64,000 nucleotides of DNA, from the NCBI GenBank assembly GCA_040390045.1, contig JAZJZC010000001.1:108005-172004 (forward strand). Reading direction: 5' to 3'. This stretch comes from Patescibacteria group bacterium (lineage in GTDB: Bacteria > Patescibacteriota > Minisyncoccia > Phycocordibacterales > SIBU01). The position numbers were made by a program, and so were the translations under genes. The notes beneath the pieces were generated by a model. That model saw only the letters and a list, made by a program, of their open reading frames with translations. It was not told the DNA's origin and ran no database searches. Position 1 is the stretch's first letter. Every line of letters starts with the position of its first letter. This document shows positions 47,193 through 54,690 of this stretch, in pieces.

Positions 47193-48650
47193 TTGCTATC
47201 ACTGACAGAAATCGCTACAATTCACTTGACAATGATTTACAAAGAAGAAATCGAAGCAAAAGCAAAAGAGTTTGAAATCCATCCCTCGAATGTCGAAAGG
47301 GACTATGTTTTTGGATGGCTGCTTTTTGGCATCTTCACCGCGAGTGGACTGAAGGATAGAATCTTTCTCAAGGGCGGAAATGCCCTCCGAAAAGGCTACT
47401 TTGAGAATACTCGCTTTTCGAGCGACTTGGATTTTGGAATACCTGACGACATAAGCCAGGAAGAATTGCTGTCCGAAATAAATAAAGTCTGCGAGCTTGC
47501 TCAAGAGAAGTCGGGAGTGGTCTTTGTCAAAGATGACAACAAAGTTGAAGAAAAGTTTACCGCCAGTGAAGCGCCACTGCCTGACCTAAAGGTCTATGAG
47601 GTGCGGGTTTACTTCAAAGGTTTTAATGGAGAGTCCGACCATATAAAAATAAGAATCTCAATGGACGTCACGCGTTTCGATAAAGTTCTTCTACCTCTTC
47701 AGACTGTGAAGTTGATACATCCTTATTCAGATGCGGCAGACTTAGTTTGTGACATTCAGTGTATGAAGCTCGAAGAGATTATCGCTACAAAACTGAAATG
47801 CCTTATACAACGACAGCACGCGCCTGACCTTTTTGACTACGCTCACTCCATCAAACTTTTAGGCGGTACTTTGAACAAGGAAGAGGTGGTGGAGACCCTC
47901 GTCAAGAAAACAATTTTCAATCGTAACCCTTTCATCCTCAAAGGCATTTTGAACGGCACAGCGTTTACCTATTTCAGAACAGAGTGGGCTAAATCCGTTA
48001 TCTGCGCGAAACAACTTGCTATGAATGTTGAGGATGCCATCGCGGCTTTCATTGCCGACCTCGATATTCTTTTTGCGAACTACACCGATAACGGATTTGC
48101 TCAATTCGTCTACTTCAGTCCTGAAGTGCGAGCAAAGATTATGCACGCGGGGCGCACGCAGACGCTAATGAAAGTTCGGTATAAGGGCTATGACAGAATC
48201 ATTGAACCGTATTCTCTAAAATATCTTGAAAAGAAAAGTGGTGAGGCCCGTGAGTATTTCTATCTTTATAATTGTAGTGGTGGCGAGAGCAAACCAGATA
48301 CTCGTTGCTTTCTTCCTGAACGTATTGAGTCCATCGAAAACACCGAAGAGAAGTTTACGCCTCGGTTTCAAATTGAATTGTCAAAAGCAGGAGAGTTACC
48401 AGAAAATCGCTATCTCTTTGACCCAAACAGACCTACTCCTGCTCCACGGCCGCGTGTTTCGAGAAGTACCAGTCCAAGAGCGCCGCGTGCGCGCGGTTTT
48501 TCTAGTGGAATAAAGTACATATATAAATGCACTTCTTGCGGCAAGACATCCACGAAAACTACGATGGATGGAAATCTGCGTGCTCATAAGGCCCCTGGTG
48601 GTTATGCTTGTGGCGGCAGATTTGGTTATTACGTTCGGACAAAGTACTAA
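47193..48650 (+). CDS. AbiEii/DUF1814-type nucleotidyltransferase fused to a WYL-like domain and a C-terminal Zn-ribbon-like tail.
   Basis: N-terminal FLKGGNALRKGYFENTRFSSDLDFG, the AbiEii signature. Middle region KVRYKGYDRIIEPYSLKY...EYFYLYNC...RCFLPERIESIE, WYL-domain-like. C-terminal CTSCGK...H...C. Confidence 0.6.
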   Translation: MLSLTEIATIHLTMIYKEEIEAKAKEFEIHPSNVERDYVFGWLLFGIFTASGLKDRIFLKGGNALRKGYFENTRFSSDLDFGIPDDISQEELLSEINKVCELAQEKSGVVFVKDDNKVEEKFTASEAPLPDLKVYEVRVYFKGFNGESDHIKIRISMDVTRFDKVLLPLQTVKLIHPYSDAADLVCDIQCMKLEEIIATKLKCLIQRQHAPDLFDYAHSIKLLGGTLNKEEVVETLVKKTIFNRNPFILKGILNGTAFTYFRTEWAKSVICAKQLAMNVEDAIAAFIADLDILFANYTDNGFAQFVYFSPEVRAKIMHAGRTQTLMKVRYKGYDRIIEPYSLKYLEKKSGEAREYFYLYNCSGGESKPDTRCFLPERIESIENTEEKFTPRFQIELSKAGELPENRYLFDPNRPTPAPRPRVSRSTSPRAPRARGFSSGIKYIYKCTSCGKTSTKTTMDGNLRAHKAPGGYACGGRFGYYVRTKY

Positions 48651-49014
48651 AAAGTTTTCCCTCAAAAAAGCTCAACTGGGTTAGGGTGTCCCCCCAGCGC
48701 GAAAAAAGTCGAAACGGAAAATACCCACTACCCGAAAAGGCAAAACGAAGAGGGTTACACCCCTTTGGTATAACTCTGCATAACCTTGTTATGCTCTGTT
48801 ATACCGTGCGTAAGTAGCATAGCCAGATACTACCTGTGCTATGGCGGGTTAAAGTATCCGACAGGCATAGCACACCCTCACTTTACCCACACCCCGAAAA
48901 TACTTCGTATAGAACGCTACGTACTGGTCTATGCAAAGGATAGAATACCGCTAAACTGAAGTTCACTCTTGATACTTGCCCAGTTGAGAGTTCTGAACCT
49001 GTCCACGAGTGGGA

Positions 49015-49048
49015 GCAAAACAAACGCCGAAAGGCGTTTTTGTTTTGC
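49015..49048. repeat. Strong GAAA-tetraloop hairpin in the element-end noncoding region.
   Basis: gcaaaacaaacgcc-gaaa-ggcgtttttgttttgc. Confidence 0.5.
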
Positions 49049-49219
49049 TCACCGGAGGAAGCGCAAATCGCTTCCGTGTAGGATTCGAAAACCTTCTCCC
49101 GTATCCGCCGCGGCGGATGGGAAAGGTGTACCGTCTACAGGTGTCTATCACAAACGATAGACCTGACCCTGTAAGGTTCGAAATTCCTACCCACAACCTC
49201 TTTATGCTACAATTTTTAA

Positions 49220-49702
49220 ATGAAAACGTATCTAATCGAAGGTTTGTCTGGTACCGGTAAAACAACAGTCTGCGCAGAATTAAATAAAAGGAATTACACA
49301 GCCGTAGATGCCGATGAGGTATTTGCTCATTTTGTTGACCCTAAAACTGGTTTGCATAGTGATGAAAAGACTACACACTGGATGTGGGAGGAAGAAAAAT
49401 TTAATACTATCGTTAAACAGGAAAGGGACGGACAATTATTTGTGTGTGGAGGCGCCACTAATCAGGAAAATTTTAAACATCATTTTGATAAAATTTTTAC
49501 TCTCCATGTTGATGATAACGTTCTGAAAGATAGGCTGTTACATAGAACTAACAATGACTACGGTAAGGACCCGAAGGAATTAGAACAACAACTAGAGTGG
49601 AACAAAGGTGCTGTACAGCATTCAAGACACAGAGGAACAACTTTGATCGACGCAACCAAGCCAATAAGTGACGTGGTGGATGAAATACTAAAAAATCTTT
49701 AA
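49220..49702 (+). CDS. P-loop nucleotide/nucleoside kinase-like protein.
   Basis: Walker A GLSGTGKTT at the N-terminus. 160 aa. Confidence 0.5.
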   Translation: MKTYLIEGLSGTGKTTVCAELNKRNYTAVDADEVFAHFVDPKTGLHSDEKTTHWMWEEEKFNTIVKQERDGQLFVCGGATNQENFKHHFDKIFTLHVDDNVLKDRLLHRTNNDYGKDPKELEQQLEWNKGAVQHSRHRGTTLIDATKPISDVVDEILKNL

Positions 49703-49768
49703 ATTAGATTTGGAAACTTAGTTTCCAAAATACTAGCTGACCCTATTCTCCTTGTATCCCCTTGTGAT

Positions 49769-50350
49769 ATGATTTTTATTATGTCTGAAAATCCATCACC
49801 ACTTGAAAAACCTCCTCAAGAAAATATACCCTATCCTGAAATGATAGCTGGACAAAAGCTAGAGACATTAATGAGCCCTGAGTTCAGAACATTTGCTGTG
49901 CGATTTGTAAATTTCCAACAATACAAAGAATATCTTGAAGCGGGCATGGGAGATTCCGGCGGTCGTGGGTTTCAAGCCTACGGAGAAGTTGTAGGTGTTA
50001 TGGACCAATCATTTCCTGAATTTTTAAAGGAATCCTCAAAAGATTGGGGTGAATCCATTCATGAATATACAGACTGGCCTCAATCTCGTGTTGGCATAAA
50101 AGTGCATGAACAGCTAACAGAAATTTTTAGAAATGCTCACACTGAAGCACTGAAATCGGTCGGTAGCAAGGATGAATTGAGAGAAAGATCGCTTGAAATA
50201 TTTCGTGATATTATTTTAAAAAAAGCAAGATCGATTAGAGAAAAAAAGGAAAGTCCTGGATATGATGGTGCGGATGAACGTGGAGCTTTAAACAGAAATC
50301 CTCCTGACTCTTCTTTAGAAAGTAGTCGCTGTATCAAAACTAACGAGTAA
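49769..50350 (+). CDS. Hypothetical protein.
   Basis: 193-aa ORF in a same-strand run. No motif recognised. Confidence 0.4.
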   Translation: MIFIMSENPSPLEKPPQENIPYPEMIAGQKLETLMSPEFRTFAVRFVNFQQYKEYLEAGMGDSGGRGFQAYGEVVGVMDQSFPEFLKESSKDWGESIHEYTDWPQSRVGIKVHEQLTEIFRNAHTEALKSVGSKDELRERSLEIFRDIILKKARSIREKKESPGYDGADERGALNRNPPDSSLESSRCIKTNE

Positions 50351-50363
50351 TGATTCTGGATGG

Positions 50364-50822
50364 TTGTATGATGGTAGGAATCTTAATGAATTCTTAGAGG
50401 GCGAAAAGACAAACTGGGATTGGCTATATAAAAAGCGTGACCCTAAGCCCCCTTTTCCCGAAGAAATGTTGCGGACAATATACAAATTTGTACACACACC
50501 TAGGGATATTACCCCTGCGGAATTAAAGGTTGTTTTTACCTATCTTTCAGATCTTAATATCGAGGGTGAACTTCAATATGACGTGGCAGTAATTTTTGAT
50601 CCAAGTGTTATGAAAGATTTTTCCAAGTCAGAACATTCCGCAAATCGTTTCTGGTCAGATGTAATTCCCAGAGGAGGAGAACAAAAAATCATGGGTGCTG
50701 TAGCCCTTCGGTCAGATCGTGAACTTGTAGAAAAAATTATTCACACCCCCAACAACAACACAAATCTATCCCATCCTGTGTTTGATTCCAAAGGAAACAT
50801 TAGATATCCCCTTGGGAAGTAA
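50364..50822 (+). CDS. Hypothetical protein.
   Basis: 152-aa ORF, 14 nt after the previous gene. Confidence 0.4.
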   Translation: MYDGRNLNEFLEGEKTNWDWLYKKRDPKPPFPEEMLRTIYKFVHTPRDITPAELKVVFTYLSDLNIEGELQYDVAVIFDPSVMKDFSKSEHSANRFWSDVIPRGGEQKIMGAVALRSDRELVEKIIHTPNNNTNLSHPVFDSKGNIRYPLGK

Positions 50823-50977
50823 TCTATTTACAAAGGTTCGACCTTTGTACTTGGAATTCCCACTCAAATTGACAAAACAACCTTTACACTCTAACCTCAA
50901 ACAAGTTGTTAGGGCTGTTCCCTAACACTTTCAACGCTCAGCAGAGCATAAAAGAGCAGTAGCTCTAGAAAGGTAGT

Positions 50978-51493
50978 ATGAAAAGCGTGGTTTCGCAGTA
51001 TCGCAATAGTTACATTCCAACAAATGACGAAGGTCGAGTCCTCGGGAAATTTTTCAAAGAATTTCCGTGGCTTTGGGCCTTATCATCTGACTGGTCCGGT
51101 CTCCTACTCATAAAAGTGCACAGGGCAGATCCTGGAATCGTTGAGGAGAACTTAGGGTGCCCATCATTCGCTTCGACGGCTGGGATTGCAACCACAACCT
51201 TTTGGCTCAAGGCTTGGGGTCGTGATTGTAACCTCAACTTGTGGGAATCTGTTAAACGGATTGAAACGGACGATTGGAATCGGGAAAAGGGCGAGAATCT
51301 GACGTATCTGGTCCGCAAAGCGTTTCGTCAGTTGCCTCCGGAATGTGAACTTGAGTTTCTAATCAGTAAGAAAGAATTCAGGGGGTATACCTCATCTGCA
51401 ATGCATGACGGTCCATGCCCTAGCCATGAGTACAACATCTTCAAGCCACCTCTGGGAGACAAAGGTTTTCGCGGTTTTGCTGGTGTGAAGTAG
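50978..51493 (+). CDS. Hypothetical protein.
   Basis: 171-aa ORF. The upstream region shares a CGACCTTTGTA...TTGACA motif with the next gene. Confidence 0.4.
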   Translation: MKSVVSQYRNSYIPTNDEGRVLGKFFKEFPWLWALSSDWSGLLLIKVHRADPGIVEENLGCPSFASTAGIATTTFWLKAWGRDCNLNLWESVKRIETDDWNREKGENLTYLVRKAFRQLPPECELEFLISKKEFRGYTSSAMHDGPCPSHEYNIFKPPLGDKGFRGFAGVK

Positions 51494-51605
51494 AGTCCGC
51501 GCTTCAAAATTTTCAATCCGTCTTACGTTTAAATAGTAGACGGGTTTTTCTTTTTTAAAAACTTAAAGCGTTCAACTTACAGAAGTGCGACCTTTGTATA
51601 TAAAT

Positions 51606-51634
51606 TTGACAAAGAACCATATCTCTGTTATATT
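51606..51634 (+). promoter_or_regulatory. Putative sigma70 promoter TTGACA-17-TATATT, preceded by the conserved CGACCTTTGTA motif.
   Basis: The boxes have exact spacing. The ATG follows 28 nt downstream. Confidence 0.45.
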
Positions 51635-51661
51635 ACCTGTAGCAGTAGAAAAATTTTAACC

Positions 51662-51904
51662 ATGAACGCTCAACTTCTTGTGGTAACGCAAACCGTACTC
51701 GAGAACTTCTCGAATACCGATTTGGCCGCTTTAAACACCCAAGTCGGGTTTTACGGGAATATGGCAAAGGGTTGTCCTGGCTACGCTCAAGCGTTTGAGA
51801 CTGGACTCATCAAGGAAAGCGGCGAGCCCGCTGACCTCGACACACTTCGGGAAGCTTGCAGGCTTGAGGTCGTCCGCCGGGACGAAGCAGGAACATTCCA
51901 ATAA
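51662..51904 (+). CDS. Small hypothetical protein (80 aa).
   Basis: The ORF follows a good promoter. No motif recognised. Confidence 0.35.
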   Translation: MNAQLLVVTQTVLENFSNTDLAALNTQVGFYGNMAKGCPGYAQAFETGLIKESGEPADLDTLREACRLEVVRRDEAGTFQ

Positions 51905-52100
51905 ATCCCCTCCTCGTCTCATCAGCCGAGGAAACACCCAAGCGCGACCGCCCAACTCAAGTTTCACTTGGGATGGGCGGTTTTCTTTTTTAGAAAATCT
52001 AAGTCCCCTGACTTGTAAGTAATGACATTCTTGCCACTATAAACTTGTAAATGCTATTATCATATATGTAGCCTGAATTTATTAACTAACATTAAAGTTT

Positions 52101-52724
52101 ATGAAAGTGAAAATAATGCCAGTGATTTCAAGTGCTATTGTATTTTCTAGTCTGATATTCGGAATAGCGTCAGCTCAAAGTGTTGCCGCAATCAATATTC
52201 ACGCGAATGCAAACGTTGAACTAGAAACAAAAGGTAACGCCACAAGCACTAACGCAAAAAACGGTAACGCAACGAGCACGGATGCAAACAGCCAAGGTCA
52301 ACTTACTGCCGAATCACACCGTAGTACAGTTGCGTCGTTTGTGGAATCACTTCTCAGTGTCGCCAATCGCGAAGGTGGAATCGGAGCCCAAGTACGAGTA
52401 ATTGCCCAAGCACAAAACGATTCAGCGAGCACCACTGCAGAAGCCATCACAAAGGTGGAGAGCCGAAACAGTCTTAAGACATTTTTGATTGGTAGTGACT
52501 ACAAAAATTTAGGCCAACTTCGTAGCGAAATTGTTACCACTCAAAACAACATAGACCAACTAAAAAAACTAGAAGCGCAAGCAACGAGTGATGCAGACAA
52601 AGCAGAACTGACAGTTCAGATCAAAGCCCTTGAGGATTCTCAGGTAAAAGTGGAAGCATTTGTTAAGGCGCATGAAAGTTCATTCAGCCTCTTTGGCTGG
52701 TTTGTAAAGCTATTCGTAAAATAA
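52101..52724 (+). CDS. Secreted hypothetical protein (signal peptide, coiled-coil).
   Basis: Signal peptide MKVKIMPVISSAIVFSSLIFGIASAQS, then an Ala/Gln/Glu-rich helical region. Confidence 0.45.
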   Translation: MKVKIMPVISSAIVFSSLIFGIASAQSVAAINIHANANVELETKGNATSTNAKNGNATSTDANSQGQLTAESHRSTVASFVESLLSVANREGGIGAQVRVIAQAQNDSASTTAEAITKVESRNSLKTFLIGSDYKNLGQLRSEIVTTQNNIDQLKKLEAQATSDADKAELTVQIKALEDSQVKVEAFVKAHESSFSLFGWFVKLFVK

Positions 52725-52755
52725 TTTACTAGGCATACATGTAGCCGTCAAGCAA

Positions 52756-52950
52756 TTGCTTGAACCTGTTTTTGGTGTCATGACAAATACGAGCAAAACT
52801 AAAATACTATATTCCGTTCTTGCAACACTATTCGGGGCATTTTTTGTTGTATACAGTGGGATTGATGACAGTCCTGGAGGACAATTGCTCGGACTCGTGG
52901 TAGTTATTGCCGGCATTGTAGGCATAGTAAAAAGCAAGAAGAAAATCTGA
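52756..52950 (+). CDS. Small membrane protein (64 aa, two TM segments).
   Basis: Hydrophobic hairpin. Lies immediately downstream of the secreted protein. Confidence 0.35.
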   Translation: MLEPVFGVMTNTSKTKILYSVLATLFGAFFVVYSGIDDSPGGQLLGLVVVIAGIVGIVKSKKKI

Positions 52951-53050
52951 CCAAACAAGGCTCTGACACCGTCTGCTAAAATTAGAATTAGTAATACATT
53001 AAAAATGTATACTGCCTTCTCAAATACATGAGAATAATTAAATAAGTCGC

Positions 53051-53599
53051 ATGTCTGTAAAAATTACATACTTTGTACACGGAACAACTACCGACAATGA
53101 GAAGGAGGTGTCATCAGGTTGGTCTGATGCGGAACTTTCAGAACTTGGTATCCAGCAATCAATTGATTTGAAAGAAAAAACTAAGGATAAAACATTTGAT
53201 GCGATCTTTTGTTCTGATTTACAGCGTGCGGTTAGGTCAGCAGAACTAGTTTGGGGTGGAATATATCCTATTGTTCCTGACGCTAGGTTAAGAGAGTGTA
53301 ATTATGGAAAACTTAATGCCAACCCCTCTGCCATAGTTGAACCAATGCAAGAGGAAGAGTGCCTTACAAGCCCCTTTCCTGAAGGAGAAAGTTACGAAGA
53401 TGTGAAAACTAGAATTGCCGACTTTCTTGAATTTCTAAAAAAGAATTATGACGGAAAAAGTGTTGCGATTGTTGCACACAAAGCCCCGCAACTTTCGCTT
53501 GATGTTTTACTAAAGGGCAAAACTTGGACACAAGCTCTTGCAGAAGATTGGAGAAAGACTAAATCTTGGAAAGCGGGTTGGTACTATGTGCTAAACTAA
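53051..53599 (+). CDS. Histidine phosphatase superfamily (phosphoglycerate mutase-like) protein, non-canonical.
   Basis: ITYFVHGTTTDNE resembles the RHGE(T/S) motif but has Val in place of Arg. Confidence 0.45.
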   Translation: MSVKITYFVHGTTTDNEKEVSSGWSDAELSELGIQQSIDLKEKTKDKTFDAIFCSDLQRAVRSAELVWGGIYPIVPDARLRECNYGKLNANPSAIVEPMQEEECLTSPFPEGESYEDVKTRIADFLEFLKKNYDGKSVAIVAHKAPQLSLDVLLKGKTWTQALAEDWRKTKSWKAGWYYVLN

Positions 53600-53639
53600 A
53601 AAAACTTAAGTACAAAGAGCTTCTTTTCAAAAATTTCCC

Positions 53640-53960
53640 AAATGACCCAACTTTTCATCCCACGTGTCGGGCTGGTTATCTGCACGCTTGCAAATCAATT
53701 GCTCATAAACAGCAGGGTCAGGAAAAGCAAATAAAGTTTGTCCTCGTCCTATCCCCGCCGCAAGCGGTTCCCTCGCGGACTCGGCGGGGTATTAGGCGAG
53801 GAATCGGGGCAAACTTTTTGTAGCAGAGTCGGCTCCGCCGACTCATCCATTCGTTGTGGATTCATCCTCGCCGCAAGGCAGGCGAGGTATTCTCCGCAGT
53901 TACAATAAAAAAGACACCGAGGGATTGCCCTTGGTGTCGGTTATCTTGTGGCCAATTTGT
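53640..53960. other. GC-rich structured noncoding region (candidate ncRNA) between convergent genes.
   Basis: Multiple GC stems: ccccgccg...cggcgggg, agtcggctccgccgactc and cctcgccgcaaggcaggcgagg. It includes the speH terminator gacaccaaggg-caat-ccctcggtgtc followed by tttttt, read on the minus strand. Confidence 0.3.
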
Positions 53961-53970
53961 GTTAGTGACC

Positions 53971-54408
53971 CTACTGACGAAAACGTTTTCCACGAACCGT
54001 GAGTTGCACGTCCTCTTTTTTTGCCTCAAACGTTTTACGAATGAAAGCCAAGGCTTTTTCCTGGTCGAACGCCTTGCATGAGAAGATGTCCAGAAAGAAC
54101 GTCTTGTCATACGGATAGGTGTGGATGGAGATGTGGGAGGTCGCAATAATAACGACCCCGGTCACTCCATAATCATTCGGCATATCAGCCCCGTCATATG
54201 AAATGACGTAAGGTTGAGTCAGCCGTTGCATTCCGATGACCGCCGGCAATTTGAGCAAGAACTCAAACACCACTTGCATGTCATTCAGACGAACATGATC
54301 AGCCTCATACCCGTCGTAAGTGAGGTGCGGACCGTACCCTTTGATTTCGTTTTTACGGTCGGTGTCAGAAGGAATGTTCTGACTAACTGCCCTTTGCTTC
54401 GTGTTCAT
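53971..54408 (-). CDS. speH: S-adenosylmethionine decarboxylase proenzyme (SpeH type).
   Basis: TSHISIHTYPYD around the Ser processing site. About 145 aa, the archaeal/bacterial class 1a size. Confidence 0.75.
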   Translation of the reverse strand: MNTKQRAVSQNIPSDTDRKNEIKGYGPHLTYDGYEADHVRLNDMQVVFEFLLKLPAVIGMQRLTQPYVISYDGADMPNDYGVTGVVIIATSHISIHTYPYDKTFFLDIFSCKAFDQEKALAFIRKTFEAKKEDVQLTVRGKRFRQ

Positions 54409-54690
54409 TTAATTGCTTGAAGTTTTAGTTTTTTATACTGGTACCCGCTTCCTGAGCGCCTCTGCATGGAAGTATAGGGAAGAATGTTTAAAATGTAAAT
54501 GTGGATAACATAATTTGCAAATGAACATCGAACATGAATATTGACAAGTGCTGGTAAATTCTATACTGTACTTTTAGTTCGAAAAAGCTTTTGCCTTTCC
54601 TTTTTGATCATCAATCTGATTAGTAAAGGATCTGTTTTTTTATTGAACCTTAAAAAATGACGGTACACCCGTCTGTGATAGGAGAAACAC

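Larger units (their letters stand above)
42160..49195. mobile_element. Putative integrated element at the 3' end of tRNA-Asn. Serine-recombinase type, about 7 kb. The right boundary is approximate.
   Basis: The recombinase gene overlaps the tRNA 3' end. Cargo is a restriction-modification pair, an Xis-like HTH, a Rep-like gene and an Abi-type defence gene. Degenerate copies of the tRNA T-arm sequence lie at 49078-49089 (inverted) and 49174-49192 (direct). Confidence 0.55.

Noticed and set aside
49078-49192. A second tRNA gene at the element's right end.
   Set aside because: Only T-arm-like fragments are present (TTCGAATCCTAC inverted, GGTTCGAAATTCCTACCC direct). No full cloverleaf can be drawn. 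They are more likely att-site remnants.
53566-54146. ORFs 53566..53823 (+), 53854..54081 (+) and 53862..54146 (-).
   Set aside because: They overlap a stem-rich GC island and the 3' end of speH. The translations are low-complexity and Arg-rich, typical of GC-rich noncoding sequence.
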